DNA of 64,000 bases from Roseibacillus sp. (GTDB lineage Bacteria > Verrucomicrobiota > Verrucomicrobiia > Verrucomicrobiales > Akkermansiaceae). Below are positions 39,104 to 50,192 of this stretch, piece after piece. The translations under genes and the position numbers were made by a program. Position 1 is the stretch's first letter. The number at the start of each line of letters is the position of its first letter. The stretch is taken from contig JBPOGI010000007.1 in NCBI GenBank assembly GCA_051251855.1, forward strand, positions 96,001 through 160,000, given 5' to 3'. The notes under the pieces are model-generated. The model was not told the DNA's origin. It saw nothing but the letters and a program-made list of their open reading frames with translations, and ran no database searches.

Positions 39104-40495
39104 TTACTGTGATTCTTCTGCGGCCTCTTCGGGCGCAGCTTCTTCACTCGCATCTGAGGGAGCATCTTCTGCGGGGGATTCTTCCTCCACGTCAGCTCCG
39201 GTTACGGCGGCGGGCGCATCATCAGACGCGGCTCCTCCCCCGATTTTTTCCTGGGCTTTGCCCAAAATTTCTTCTGCTAAAGCGCGATCGCCTTCGAGCG
39301 CTACTTCGAGATACTCAATCGGCATCTGGGTGACCAAATCAGCGGTCGCTCCCCCTGCGCGGAACAATTTATCCGCAATCAAGGGCTCGATTCCGAGCTC
39401 GTCAGCCAAAGTCATCGCCGCGCCTGCAACACGTGCTTCGAACTGCTCGTGCTGAGTCTCGTCCTTGCGCACCTGCACATCCCAACCCACCAACTTGGAG
39501 GTAAGACGCGCGTTTTGACCACGACGGCCAATCGCTTTGCTTAAATCTTCTTCATCCACGGTGACGTGGATCACTTTGTCTTCCTCATTTGCCTTGAAAG
39601 TCCGAATGATCGCTGGCTTCAAAGCATCAGTGACAAAGTCCTGCAAATCTTCGCTCCAGCGGATGATATCCACCTTCTCATTGTTAAGCTCGCGAACGAT
39701 GTTCTTAACACGCGCACCACGAAGACCAACACAAGCACCTACCGGATCGACTTTGTCGTCATTGGTGCCTACCGCGACCTTAGTGCGATAGCCCGCTTCT
39801 CGCGCAATCGCTTTCAGCTCTACCGTGCGGTCAGAAATTTCAGCAACCTCGGCTTCGAACAAGCGACGCACAAAGGCAGGATGGCTGCGAGAAAGAATAA
39901 TCTCAGGGCCGCGAGCATCATTATCAACCGCAACGACATAGCAGCGAATGCGGTCACCCACGTTGTAATCTTCTGTCGAAACACGCTCACGGGAAGGCAT
40001 GCGAGCCTCGAACTTGCCGAGGTCGATCATAACGTCGTTCTTCTCGAAGCGACGCACTGAACCGCTGACGATATCGCCCGCTCGGTCCTTGAACTCATCA
40101 TACATCATCTCCTTCTCGGCGAGACGAAGACGCTGCATCATAGTCTGCTTAGCAGTCTGCACCGCAATACGACCAAAATTCTTGGGAGTGACATTGAACT
40201 CCATCCGATCACCCACCGCAGCATCAGCCTTTCGCTTTTGCGCTAAAGAAACAGGGACCTCGTTGAACTTATCCTGATGGTCGTCATCAGACACAACCTC
40301 AAGGTCAGCGAAAATTTTAGTTTCACCCTTCTTGGTATCAATTTCGGCCCGTAGAATCTCAATCGCATCGGCGCCAGGCACCATGCGACGATAAGCTGAG
40401 GTAAAAGCGTACTCCAAAGCTTCGACCACTCGCTCGCGAGTGATAGCTTTTTCCCGTTCGTAAAAATCGATGAGGGCAACGATGTCGTTGGTCAT
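39104..40495 (-). CDS. nusA: Transcription termination/antitermination factor NusA
   Basis: FGRIAVQTAKQ, ILSRSHP, AREAGYRTKVAV, DPVGACVGLRGARV, AIGRRGQNARL. Confidence 0.98.
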   Translation of the reverse strand: MTNDIVALIDFYEREKAITRERVVEALEYAFTSAYRRMVPGADAIEILRAEIDTKKGETKIFADLEVVSDDDHQDKFNEVPVSLAQKRKADAAVGDRMEFNVTPKNFGRIAVQTAKQTMMQRLRLAEKEMMYDEFKDRAGDIVSGSVRRFEKNDVMIDLGKFEARMPSRERVSTEDYNVGDRIRCYVVAVDNDARGPEIILSRSHPAFVRRLFEAEVAEISDRTVELKAIAREAGYRTKVAVGTNDDKVDPVGACVGLRGARVKNIVRELNNEKVDIIRWSEDLQDFVTDALKPAIIRTFKANEEDKVIHVTVDEEDLSKAIGRRGQNARLTSKLVGWDVQVRKDETQHEQFEARVAGAAMTLADELGIEPLIADKLFRAGGATADLVTQMPIEYLEVALEGDRALAEEILGKAQEKIGGGAASDDAPAAVTGADVEEESPAEDAPSDASEEAAPEEAAEESQ

Positions 40496-40523
40496 AAGGT
40501 CTCGAGGTTAACCTCTTGAGACA

Positions 40524-40553
40524 GAAAAGAGTGGGCCTTTAAACCCACCCTTG
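40524..40553 (-). promoter_or_regulatory. nusA leader terminator/attenuator hairpin (rimP-leader-like)
   Basis: Minus strand AAGGGTGGG-TTTAAAGG-CCCACTCTTTT ends about 28 nt upstream of the nusA start. Confidence 0.65.
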
Positions 40554-40660
40554 GCCATTTCAAGAGATGTCTTCGGGCGAAGTCTTAGGGGCCATTCCCC
40601 TGCAAAGCAAGTGCGAAATCCCTGCTCGCTTCCGCTATTTCCTTCCGACAGGGTCAAATC

Positions 40661-41314
40661 ATGAAGGCAATCTCCCTCGACGCCGCCGGAACTCTCTTCG
40701 ACCTCTCCGAACCGGTGGGAGAAGTCTACACCCGTTTCGCCCACCAGGAAGGGTTCGCACTCTTACCAGCAGAGGTCGAAAAGAGATTCCGAGCCGCCTT
40801 TAAAGCCTCTCCAGCTCCTTCTTACGATGGAGACTCAGACGGTCACACTGCCGAACGCTCGTGGTGGAGAGCCTTAGTACTCCAAGCCACCGAAATCCCT
40901 CCATCAGAGGCGTTCGAACGCCTTTTCCACCAACTCTTCGCCCACTACGAAAAACCCTCCGCTTGGCAACTCTACCCCGACACCCTTCCCTTCCTTGAAA
41001 AGGCTTCTGCAAAATACCGCCTCGCTGTTGTCTCGAACTTTGACGACCGCCTCCATCCCATTCTCGACGGTCTCGGCCTCTCCCCCTTCTTCGAAATCGC
41101 CATCTCGTCCTCCCTAGCCCAGTCTCAAAAACCCGATTCCAGAATTTTCGAAAGATTACTAAAAGAACTGGCCCTTCCCCCTGAAGAAGTCCTCCACATT
41201 GGCGACTCGCTCAAAGCTGACTACGAAGGAGCCCTCCAAGTAGGAATGAAGGCCTTTCACCTGCAGCGTGCGAAGGGCCAGCTGCTTGCCCATGCAGCAC
41301 CAACCCTCTCCTAA
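40661..41314 (+). CDS. HAD-IA family hydrolase (REG-2-like)
   Basis: LDAAGTL, VVSNFDDRL, KPDSRIF, HIGDS...DYEGA. Confidence 0.9.
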   Translation: MKAISLDAAGTLFDLSEPVGEVYTRFAHQEGFALLPAEVEKRFRAAFKASPAPSYDGDSDGHTAERSWWRALVLQATEIPPSEAFERLFHQLFAHYEKPSAWQLYPDTLPFLEKASAKYRLAVVSNFDDRLHPILDGLGLSPFFEIAISSSLAQSQKPDSRIFERLLKELALPPEEVLHIGDSLKADYEGALQVGMKAFHLQRAKGQLLAHAAPTLS

Positions 41315-41335
41315 GTTTGCAAAGAAAAAGGAGAC

Positions 41336-42382
41336 TCAACTCATCATCTTCAAGAGTATAGGGAGCAAGAGCGCGAGCGCGATGGCGATGACCGAGCCCA
41401 GCAAAGCCTTCCCTGCATCCAAGAAAATCAACTTCGACACTTCTTTTCGGTTTCTTTGGCCTAAGCGCAAGGCGAGACCAATCTCCCGGCCAGCCAAAAG
41501 CCCCAAAAAGACCCAAGTTGTGCTCATTGGCAACTTTTCTGGCCACATTTTGAGAACATCAAGTTTGAAAAAGAGAAGCACAACCGCGTAAAGTAAGTCC
41601 ACAAAAGTGGCCGATCGAACATCCATCGTACTGGTCTTGGAGGTGACCACCTTTTGAATCTTCCCGCCTCGCTCGCGGAAAATCCATCCTTGTAACAAGA
41701 CCATCCCACCCAAGGAAAGAGCAAGGCCCCACCAAGTAAGTTCCCGCGGAAGATAACAAAAGATATTGGCGAGGTCCTGCACCAGCCACATCGACCAAAG
41801 GAACCCAGTAGTCCCCCACTGAAAGATGACCCAACCGAAATGCGGGTTATTTCGCTTTTCTTCAGGCTCAGCCGCAAAACGCTTCTCCACAGTCCCAACA
41901 ACAGCGCTAAAAATGAGAAGACCAAGAACAAATGCGATGGCGTAGCCAGAAAGCGACTTCTCCATCATCCCTTGGAAAAGATCGATCGCCCCTTTGGCGT
42001 CCTTCCCCTGTTGCGCCGCCACTAGACCCTTGAAACCGGTAAGAACAAGCAACGACGTGCTGACCGGAATGCCGTAGCGCGTCAGAATGACCAACACCAA
42101 AGGCGGGAGAATAAACAAAAAATGAAACGTGCCTCCATAGTCAGAAGGGAAAGGAATATTCTTTCCTGAAGCAGCAAGACGACCAAAGGCGGGATCTCCG
42201 CCATTTTGCAACCAACCCCAAACCACAGTTACCACTAAAATACTAGAAACCCAAAGCCAGAGAGCCCACCAAGGCCGTTTTGAATTTGAACTAATAAAGG
42301 TGCCCAGAGTCTGAATCGAATCATTGGCAACAATGGCATAAGCAGCGAGGCCGAAGCCTACGATCATGAAAAACTCGCTCAT
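41336..42382 (-). CDS. Polytopic membrane protein, PiT/PHO4-like motifs
   Basis: ANDSIQTLGTF, GIPVSTS, QDLANIF, LPMSTTWVFLG; about 9-10 TM helices. Confidence 0.6.
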   Translation of the reverse strand: MSEFFMIVGFGLAAYAIVANDSIQTLGTFISSNSKRPWWALWLWVSSILVVTVVWGWLQNGGDPAFGRLAASGKNIPFPSDYGGTFHFLFILPPLVLVILTRYGIPVSTSLLVLTGFKGLVAAQQGKDAKGAIDLFQGMMEKSLSGYAIAFVLGLLIFSAVVGTVEKRFAAEPEEKRNNPHFGWVIFQWGTTGFLWSMWLVQDLANIFCYLPRELTWWGLALSLGGMVLLQGWIFRERGGKIQKVVTSKTSTMDVRSATFVDLLYAVVLLFFKLDVLKMWPEKLPMSTTWVFLGLLAGREIGLALRLGQRNRKEVSKLIFLDAGKALLGSVIAIALALLLPILLKMMS

Positions 42383-42590
42383 AAGCTAAGCCAATAAAGG
42401 AACGAGAGACGATCTCATCACACCACCTCGCACAAAATTCTCAAATCCACACATGAAGGCTCAAAGTCATAGGTTCTGCCCAACAGAATTCATTGATAGA
42501 GATGATATTCCAGACATTTTTCAGATGATTTTCTCAGGACTCTAAAGAGGCGAAGTCCGAGTGCATTCCGAGCCGAAAACGGAGCTCAAC

Positions 42591-43496
42591 CTACACCCCC
42601 GTCACTGCCAGCTTTGTGGCGACCACGGCATCGAGACAAACCGAATCACAATAACCTGCATGCTTGGCTTCGCAGCTCGAGCAGCAAAAATGACGTTCAT
42701 TGCAACGCATGTAACTGCAATTGATTTGGATATCGCAAGGCTCCTCGCACCACTTGCAGCGCGCAATAATTTTAGCCCCAGAAGTGCGGTTCACTTCCAC
42801 TCCAATGCGCTCATCAAAGACATAGCACTTCCCTTCGAAGCCTTCTCCCCTCGCCTCTTCATCCTTACCATAAGTCACAATGCCGCCGTGGAGTTGAAAG
42901 ACGTCTTCGAAACCTTCTCGCTTAAGAAAACCGCTGAACTTTTCGCAGCGAATCCCTCCCGTGCAATAGGTCATGATCTTCTTCCCCTCTAGGTCCTTAC
43001 GATGGTCTCGCACCCAGCCCGGCAAGTCACGAAAGCTTGGCACGTCTGGAAGCATGGCCCCCTCGAACCGGCCCATCTCCCATTCATAATCATTACGCGC
43101 GTCGATGATGACCACGTCGTCGTCCTTCATCATCTCCTTCCACTCCTTCGGGGCGAGATAGTCCCCCGTCACTTCACGGGGCGAAAAATCTTCCCCGCCC
43201 AATCCCAGTCTTACCACTTCATCACGAGCCTTAATGGATAGCTTTGGGAATACATGACCCTCCGCAGGATCCACTTTCCACTCCATACCCTCCGTCAAGG
43301 AATGCTCATCCATTACCTGTTGATATTCTAAGGTAGCCTCCCTTGTCCCCGAAACCGTTCCGTTGATCCCTTCCTTTGCCACCAGAATGCGCCCTCGCAG
43401 TTCCAAGCGCTCGCAGAGTTCCAACTGCCAACGATGGTAACTCTCCACATCCTCGATCTCGTTGTAGAAATAATAGAGCAGAATCCGAAAATCCAT
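42591..43496 (-). CDS. trhO: Rhodanese-domain tRNA uridine(34) hydroxylase (YceA/TrhO family)
   Basis: GRILVAKEGINGTVSG, DARNDYE, YCTGGIRCEK, QLHGGI..Y, GKCYVFDER. Confidence 0.9.
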   Translation of the reverse strand: MDFRILLYYFYNEIEDVESYHRWQLELCERLELRGRILVAKEGINGTVSGTREATLEYQQVMDEHSLTEGMEWKVDPAEGHVFPKLSIKARDEVVRLGLGGEDFSPREVTGDYLAPKEWKEMMKDDDVVIIDARNDYEWEMGRFEGAMLPDVPSFRDLPGWVRDHRKDLEGKKIMTYCTGGIRCEKFSGFLKREGFEDVFQLHGGIVTYGKDEEARGEGFEGKCYVFDERIGVEVNRTSGAKIIARCKWCEEPCDIQINCSYMRCNERHFCCSSCEAKHAGYCDSVCLDAVVATKLAVTGV

Positions 43497-43551
43497 GGCC
43501 GGTTCTTATGGACAAAGACGGCCAAAAACGAAAGTCCGAAAAGACCGCCCG

Positions 43552-45291
43552 CTATTCGAACCAAACGCACTCGTAGCCACCCAGCTTCCAGTCGGTCTCA
43601 TCCAGCGTCTTCTTACGTCGAAGCAGATTCCGCATTGGCGCGTGCCCGAGAAGACCCTCCACCCACTCTTCCTCAACCTCCAAAGGATCCTCTGAAAAAT
43701 TAAACACACACAGGACCCGACGCTCCTGATCGAGAGACTCCCGCAAAATCGCGAACATATTCCCCTCTGTGGGCACGATCGTCTGAGCAGCGTCCGGATG
43801 AAACGCCGAACACCCACGCCTCACTCGCAACATTGACGCGTAGACATTCGCAATCCAGCCCGCCTCTCCATCAGGGTCATCAAGAAGCTCTTCGATTTCG
43901 CGCCAGCTCAACCTCCGCCGGTTGATATCACGACGCTCGCCCCCTTCCCGCTCGGGGCCCTCCGACCAATTGTGTTCCCCGACAATCGAGTGAAAGTAAA
44001 CTCCCGGAATCCCCGCCATCGCCAGCATCACCGCCTGCGAACAAATAAACCGTCGCGCACCCATTTCAGGATTACCGATCACCTCCATGGCACTCCGGTA
44101 GGTGACATTCATCTCGTAAGGAGCCTTCCCCCCATCAGGCAAGGCGCGATAACTCACCAAGCCTCCTCTCTCCTTCACCCGCTCAATCATCCAATCCAAC
44201 TCCTCAGCCGGAACCAAACCACTCAATGGACGCACTCCCACGCCATCGTGACTGGCCGTAAAGTTGAAATAATTACAACCCTCGGGTAAATTATCCAAAC
44301 CACTTGCCCACTTCTGGAGATACTGAGAATCCCCTTTTAAGAGCGCATGCAGAAGAAGCGGCGGTAACGCGAACTGATAGACCATTTGCGCCTCATCTCC
44401 TTCTCCAAAGTAAGAAACATTCTCCTCATGCGGCACGTTTGTCTCCGTCAGGAGAATTACGTGTGGGGCTACGATTCGCAAAACGTCACGAAAGAGCTTA
44501 ATCATCTCATGCGTCTCCGGAAGATGAATACAAGTCGTGTCCTTTTTCTTCCAAAGAAAGGCCACCGCATCCAAGCGCACAATACGAGCTCCCCGAGCCA
44601 CGTAGTCTAACAGAATATCCAAAAAGTCGAAAAGAACATCGGGACACTCCCAGTTCACGTCCACTTGGTCCGCACTAAAGGTTGTCCAAATATACTTTAC
44701 CCCCTCTGGCGTCTCGGTGGGTGACAACAAATCATGGGGCCTAGGACGCGTGACATTCTTGAGCCACTCCTGCTCAGGCTCCTCCTCAATAAAATATTCG
44801 CTGTAAGGCGCAATCCCTCGCACGTAGCTCTTAAACCAGTCGCTCTCCCGCGAACAGTGGTTCAACACCAAATCGACCATCAACTTGTAGTCGCGTCCAA
44901 TGCGCTCGACATCTCCCCACCCCCCCAAGGAGGGCTCCACCTCTCGATAATCAATCACCGAAAATCCCCCATCCGAACTCGAAGGAGAAAACGGCAAGAT
45001 ATGAATCCCATTCACGGCATCGCGCAGTCGTCGGTCGCAAAAATTTTTCAACGTTGAGAGAGGCTCCTCCCCCTTCCTCCGAATCATATCGCCATAGGAG
45101 ATCAAAACCACGTCCTGCTCCGTCCAGTTGACCGCATCTGCCCCCATTTCGTAACCATCACGAGGCTGCACCCCGTAGCGCCCTATCAGCATATAAAGCC
45201 GATCCGACAACTGGTCCGCCTTCTCTGGCCCGTAAATTCGGGCCAGTCGTAGCTTCATGCGGGAAAAGGTGGTCCTGCGAATTAACTTCAT
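43552..45291 (-). CDS. GH13_18 sugar phosphorylase, probably glucosylglycerate phosphorylase
   Basis: LISYGD, HILPF.P.SSDGGFSV.DY, DLVLNH, WTTFS.DQ.D, RLDAVAF, LTETN, ASHDGVG, PYEMNVTY. Confidence 0.88.
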   Translation of the reverse strand: MKLIRRTTFSRMKLRLARIYGPEKADQLSDRLYMLIGRYGVQPRDGYEMGADAVNWTEQDVVLISYGDMIRRKGEEPLSTLKNFCDRRLRDAVNGIHILPFSPSSSDGGFSVIDYREVEPSLGGWGDVERIGRDYKLMVDLVLNHCSRESDWFKSYVRGIAPYSEYFIEEEPEQEWLKNVTRPRPHDLLSPTETPEGVKYIWTTFSADQVDVNWECPDVLFDFLDILLDYVARGARIVRLDAVAFLWKKKDTTCIHLPETHEMIKLFRDVLRIVAPHVILLTETNVPHEENVSYFGEGDEAQMVYQFALPPLLLHALLKGDSQYLQKWASGLDNLPEGCNYFNFTASHDGVGVRPLSGLVPAEELDWMIERVKERGGLVSYRALPDGGKAPYEMNVTYRSAMEVIGNPEMGARRFICSQAVMLAMAGIPGVYFHSIVGEHNWSEGPEREGGERRDINRRRLSWREIEELLDDPDGEAGWIANVYASMLRVRRGCSAFHPDAAQTIVPTEGNMFAILRESLDQERRVLCVFNFSEDPLEVEEEWVEGLLGHAPMRNLLRRKKTLDETDWKLGGYECVWFE

Positions 45292-45426
45292 TCATGGACC
45301 AGAAAGCAAATCCCGCGCCAGCCTCCAATGGCAAAATCAAAGCTGCCGCACTCTCCCGCGCTCAAATCACTAGCTACGACCCTCTTCTCGATCGCGATCA
45401 GCTACAGAGTTCATTCTCTCACCCAC

Positions 45427-46695
45427 TCAATTCACAATCGGCTTCAACCGAAAAAGCCCAGTCGTCGCCTGATATGCGTGATCAAAAGTCATCGTCTTGA
45501 ATTCATGGCCAGCCCCCCATGAGTCAGAAAAAATAACCAATCCCTTCTTTTCCTGATAGCCGATAATGGTCCGCATATGCCCTCCTTCAGTCTGTGGATT
45601 GAGATTCGGAGTCTCCGGGAAGCGCCCCAGCTGAAGGCCCCACAATAGCGGCACTCCCTCATCAATAGAGCTCTTGATATCTTTGATATAGCCTCGCAGA
45701 TCCATCGCTTTGCCAACTCGATAACCATCAGAACTTTGCTTAATCTCCGACAATTGCCGACGGCTCGAAATCATCGCAAGCACTTCCAACCGTGTCTTGA
45801 ACCGATAATCAATCTCATCGAGCTCCTTGGCCATCTGATAAGAGCTTGTGCCTCGACTGGGATCCGAACCAGCAATCTCCGCAATTTGGTGCATATCGAT
45901 ACCCACCCCATAGTATTCGAACACCCGCTGCGCCGACGCCACCACGCAGTAGCCCTTGTTCCCTTGGTCAACCATCGGGAAATCAGCGATGAAGGTATTT
46001 CCTTCCTCATCATTCCGAACGCGACTCCTGAGTTGGCTCAACTTCACTGCACACCCACCACGACGATTTCGCATCGCCTGAACGAGTGGACTCTTGCTCC
46101 TCGGACTTGCCAGTCTAAGACGCAAGAACGCGGGTGCCTGAGCCGTGCTTAGCGCACCCTCATTATGAGTCAGCAGCGCCAGCCCCTTCTTTGACTCCCA
46201 AAAATAACCTTCAATCGGCATCCCCTGCTTCGCATTCGCTTTGCGCGTTTGTGGCTTCGTTCCCAAAATCGAACCCACTTCTTTTCCACAAATAAGAAAG
46301 CGTTCCTTAAAATCCTTCGTCGAGATTCTCGCTGAATCGCCACGACTAAAAAGAGATAAGCTTACCACGCTAACCCTCCCCTTCTCGAAGTCCACCACCA
46401 CCTCATCCACCGGAACCTTCTTCTCAAAAAGCGACAGATCAATTTCGATGTTCGTGAACCGATAGCGGCTCAGTTTAGCGCGCGTCTTGTCCTTCGTCAG
46501 CCAGACCAACCCAAACTTATCATCCTCGTGAAAAGCTTTCGCCAAGTCTTTCGGAGTCAGACTCCAACACTCCGGAGCCTCAATCAATCGATTCAGTGCT
46601 ATCTCGGGAGTCGTCAGCTCGTCCTGCCCTACCATCACATCTGTGCCCAGAAGGAAAACCACCAGCGAGAAACGGCTTAATAGCGAAAAAACCAT
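45427..46695 (-). CDS. Secreted papain-like (C39-like) cysteine peptidase
   Basis: PMVDQGNKGYCVVAS, GGHMRTIIGY, SDSWG; N-terminal signal peptide. Confidence 0.8.
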   Translation of the reverse strand: MVFSLLSRFSLVVFLLGTDVMVGQDELTTPEIALNRLIEAPECWSLTPKDLAKAFHEDDKFGLVWLTKDKTRAKLSRYRFTNIEIDLSLFEKKVPVDEVVVDFEKGRVSVVSLSLFSRGDSARISTKDFKERFLICGKEVGSILGTKPQTRKANAKQGMPIEGYFWESKKGLALLTHNEGALSTAQAPAFLRLRLASPRSKSPLVQAMRNRRGGCAVKLSQLRSRVRNDEEGNTFIADFPMVDQGNKGYCVVASAQRVFEYYGVGIDMHQIAEIAGSDPSRGTSSYQMAKELDEIDYRFKTRLEVLAMISSRRQLSEIKQSSDGYRVGKAMDLRGYIKDIKSSIDEGVPLLWGLQLGRFPETPNLNPQTEGGHMRTIIGYQEKKGLVIFSDSWGAGHEFKTMTFDHAYQATTGLFRLKPIVN

Positions 46696-46826
46696 CTCCT
46701 AGACAACCATAGCCCCCTTCACCAACACCATTCAAAAATGGCAGAACCATGCTGCTCCTCACTATCCCTGAAAAAATCCATCATATTGGACTGGCGCACA
46801 GGAAACCGGCAAAGACAATACCTCCC

Positions 46827-47582
46827 ATGTATCAATCACTCGAAGCCGAACTCCACGACGTCTTCTGGGACGCAGAAGGCCCCGCTGCGGAGCTGGCGCT
46901 CCTCCGAGACTTCCATCAACGACACCCAGGAAAAGCGCTCGAGCTCGGTTGCGGCTCGGGCCGACTCCTTCTCCCCCTCCTCAAAGAAGGCTTCCAAATC
47001 GAAGGACTCGACAACGCGCCTGAAATGATCGCGCTCTGCGAAGAATCTGCTGCCAAACAAGAACTCACCCCAACGCTTCACTGCTGCGATCTCTTTGCCC
47101 TGCCCTCCGAAGCACAATATCAGGCCATCACCATCCCCGCCTTCACCCTACAACTTCTCCCCGACCCCATTGCGGCAGTCATGCATCTGCGAGAGCGCCT
47201 CCCCGTGGGCGGCGGGCTCTACTTCTCCGTCTTCTATCCTTGGGCCGAGGTCGAAAACGAACTCCCCGAAAACGAATTCTACCCTGATCACAGCCTCACC
47301 TTGCCTAACGGAAAAAGGGCCAGCATCGAGACCAAACACCGTATCGACAAAGATGCTCAAATCCTCACCCGAAGCCATCGCTACCAGATCTCTAACCGAG
47401 ACGACATCGAACGCCAACACGAGTCCACCCAAGTGATTCGCTACTGCGTCGAAGAAGATTGGCTACACCTGTTAGATGCTGCCGGCTTTCAGCTAATGGA
47501 CACCTTCTGGGACTTTCTCCCGAAACAAGACGAAGAAGATGAGAGCGCAGGCGTAACCACTTTTTTCGCCGAGAAGAAATAA
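46827..47582 (+). CDS. Class I SAM-dependent methyltransferase
   Basis: ALELGCGSGRLL, GLDNAPEMI, GGGLY. Confidence 0.88.
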   Translation: MYQSLEAELHDVFWDAEGPAAELALLRDFHQRHPGKALELGCGSGRLLLPLLKEGFQIEGLDNAPEMIALCEESAAKQELTPTLHCCDLFALPSEAQYQAITIPAFTLQLLPDPIAAVMHLRERLPVGGGLYFSVFYPWAEVENELPENEFYPDHSLTLPNGKRASIETKHRIDKDAQILTRSHRYQISNRDDIERQHESTQVIRYCVEEDWLHLLDAAGFQLMDTFWDFLPKQDEEDESAGVTTFFAEKK

Positions 47583-47616
47583 AAAAGAGCCACCGCATAC
47601 CGCGACGACTCTCTTC
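47581..47616 (-). terminator. Rho-independent terminator of ftsH
   Basis: Minus strand GAGTCGTCGC-GGTAT-GCGGTGGCTC-TTTTTT (stem with G-U pairs). Confidence 0.65.
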
Positions 47617-47638
47617 ATTAAGCTTCTAAAAGTCCGCG

Positions 47639-49951
47639 TTACGCAGGAACTCCCACGATGTCCCCGGCGAGAGGCTCATCGTCATCCTTTGAAGAGGAGT
47701 CGCTCTTACTCGCGGCTGCTTTCGGAGTATCATTGGGAACCTCTGGTGGCTTGGGGGACTTAGGAGGGTTGGTCATCGAACCCGTGTCCATCAACTCAAC
47801 AATATGAGCACCATCTAAAGTCTCAAACTCCATCAAGGCGTCGGCAATCACATCCAAATCGTTTCGATGCTTGGTCAGAAGCTCCGTTGCTTTGGCGTAG
47901 GCCTCATCAATGATACGCTTAATCTCGGCATCGATCTTCTGCGCAGTCGCTTCGGAGTAGTTCTTCGACTTGCCCATATCACGCGCAAGGAAAACTTCTC
48001 CGCCACCACCGTCGCCATACTCGACCATTCCCAGGGCTTCACTCATACCCCACTCACAGACCATGCTGCGGGCTAGGTTCGTTGCCATGTGAATATCTCC
48101 ACTGGCACCGCTGGCCACATCATCAAGGACGATCGCTTCAGCAACACGTCCACCCATCAAGACGACCAACTCATCGAGCATCTCCAGCTTGTGATAGCTA
48201 AACTTGTCCTTTTCAGGCAGGAACATCGTAGAACCCAAAGATGGTCCACGAGGAATGATAGTCACCTTGTGAAGGGGATCGGTATTCTTAAGAATCACGT
48301 TCAAAATCGCGTGACCCGCTTCGTGATACGCCGTTTTACGCTTGTCCTCTTCGCTCAAAGCCAAGGAGCGACGCTCACGTCCCCAGCGGACTTTATCGCG
48401 TGCCTCCTCGAGTTCAGGAAGAGTGACTGCCTTCATATTCTTACGAGCAGCTAACAAGGCAGACTCGTTAATCAAGTTCGCCAACTCTGCTCCTGAGAAT
48501 CCAGGGGTTCCTCGTGCAATAACACCAAGGTCGACATCTGCTGAAAGCTTAATCTTCTTGGAGTGCACGCGAAGAATTTCGGCACGGCCTTTCACGTCCG
48601 GCAGAGAGACAGTCACCTGGCGGTCGAAACGTCCAGGGCGAAGCAAAGCAGGGTCGAGCACATCAGGACGGTTCGTCGCCGCAATGATAATAATTCCTTC
48701 TTGGGTATCGAAACCGTCCATCTCTACGAGGAGAGCGTTGAGAGTTTGCTCACGCTCATCGTGACCACCACCCATGCCGTGTCCACGGTGACGACCAACA
48801 GCATCAATCTCATCGATGAAAATCAGACAAGGAGCATTCTTTTTCCCCTGCTCGAACATGTCGCGCACCCGGCTGGCACCGACTCCAACGAACATCTCCA
48901 CAAAGTCAGAACCACTAATCGAGAAGAAAGGCACGTCCGCCTCACCCGCAATGGCGCGAGCGAGAAGAGTCTTACCAGTTCCAGGCGAACCCACCATCAG
49001 AACACCCTTGGGGATGCTACCTCCAAGCTTCTGGAACTTACGAGGGTCGCGAAGATACTCTACAATTTCTTGAAGTTCTTCTTTCGCTTCCTGAATACCA
49101 GCAACGTCTTTAAAGGTGACCTTGCCCTTTTCCATCGAAAGAAGACGGGCCTTGCTCTTGCCAAAATTCATAGCTCCCCGACCGGCAGATTTCATCTGGT
49201 GGCGGAACAGGAAGAACAGGAGAAGCAACAGAATGAGAATGGGAAGAAAGCTCAGTAGAATTGACTGCCACATGCCGCTGTCTTTCTCCAACACCGCACC
49301 ATTGCGATAGAGATATTCCAACTCCTTATACATGTAGTTCGGCACCTCAACTTTGAAGCGCGCCATTTCAGGATCCTTGCCATCTTCAGAAGAAGCGACC
49401 TCAACCTGCTTCTTGCTACGACCTACGATCACGGCATTGTCGCTTCCAGGTGTGGTGACGATTTTTAGTGATTCGGGACCGCCATCCAAGACCACTGCGT
49501 TCTTCCAGAGAAGCGACTTAAAGCTTTTGAAGGACATCTCGACGCCATTGGTCTCAGTCCCCTCTTCATACTTGGCAAGGTCTCCCACCAAGTCAGAGAG
49601 ACTTTCTCGTGTCACTGAGAGAGAAACAGGCACTTGGAAGTTCTCACCTTCAGTCCATTTACCCTCAGGAGCCTCCTCTAAATAGTAGCCATTAATCACC
49701 GAGCCCGCTGGGCCTCCAGATTCCACAACTTTGAGTGGTTTCTTATCGTCTCCCATCACAACTTGGTCGTTGCGAAGAAGATCCTGAAATTCAGGCCAAG
49801 CGACTTTGTTGACTTTGCCATCATTACTCATCGTGAAAGCAAGCACGATGATGGTGACGGCGAGGCCAAAGAGAAGAAAGACGCGCCAGTTCGAATTCGG
49901 CTCGCTAGCAGGCTTTTTCGAATCGCGGGGAGGATCAGGTTGATCAGACAT
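47639..49951 (-). CDS. ftsH: ATP-dependent zinc metalloprotease FtsH
   Basis: Two TM helices, [42 protein letters not shown]. Confidence 0.98.
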   Translation of the reverse strand: MSDQPDPPRDSKKPASEPNSNWRVFLLFGLAVTIIVLAFTMSNDGKVNKVAWPEFQDLLRNDQVVMGDDKKPLKVVESGGPAGSVINGYYLEEAPEGKWTEGENFQVPVSLSVTRESLSDLVGDLAKYEEGTETNGVEMSFKSFKSLLWKNAVVLDGGPESLKIVTTPGSDNAVIVGRSKKQVEVASSEDGKDPEMARFKVEVPNYMYKELEYLYRNGAVLEKDSGMWQSILLSFLPILILLLLLFFLFRHQMKSAGRGAMNFGKSKARLLSMEKGKVTFKDVAGIQEAKEELQEIVEYLRDPRKFQKLGGSIPKGVLMVGSPGTGKTLLARAIAGEADVPFFSISGSDFVEMFVGVGASRVRDMFEQGKKNAPCLIFIDEIDAVGRHRGHGMGGGHDEREQTLNALLVEMDGFDTQEGIIIIAATNRPDVLDPALLRPGRFDRQVTVSLPDVKGRAEILRVHSKKIKLSADVDLGVIARGTPGFSGAELANLINESALLAARKNMKAVTLPELEEARDKVRWGRERRSLALSEEDKRKTAYHEAGHAILNVILKNTDPLHKVTIIPRGPSLGSTMFLPEKDKFSYHKLEMLDELVVLMGGRVAEAIVLDDVASGASGDIHMATNLARSMVCEWGMSEALGMVEYGDGGGGEVFLARDMGKSKNYSEATAQKIDAEIKRIIDEAYAKATELLTKHRNDLDVIADALMEFETLDGAHIVELMDTGSMTNPPKSPKPPEVPNDTPKAAASKSDSSSKDDDEPLAGDIVGVPA

Positions 49952-50192
49952 ATATGAACGGTTGCGTTTCAAAGGCGAGAATGACCCTCGCCCTTTGGGT
50001 GGGCACCATACTCTAGCTTTCCTAATTGGAAAATGCCTTTTTCTGGCGCATTTCGGGGCATTTCGCTCCCCTGTGTGCAAAAAATTACGTCAGCGAAGGG
50101 CAAAAGCCGCTACCGCCGCCGTCTTGGGCTTTGAAAAAAACCTCTCGAATAGCAAAAGAGCACCAATCTCCAATAGAAACAGGCCTCAAAAG

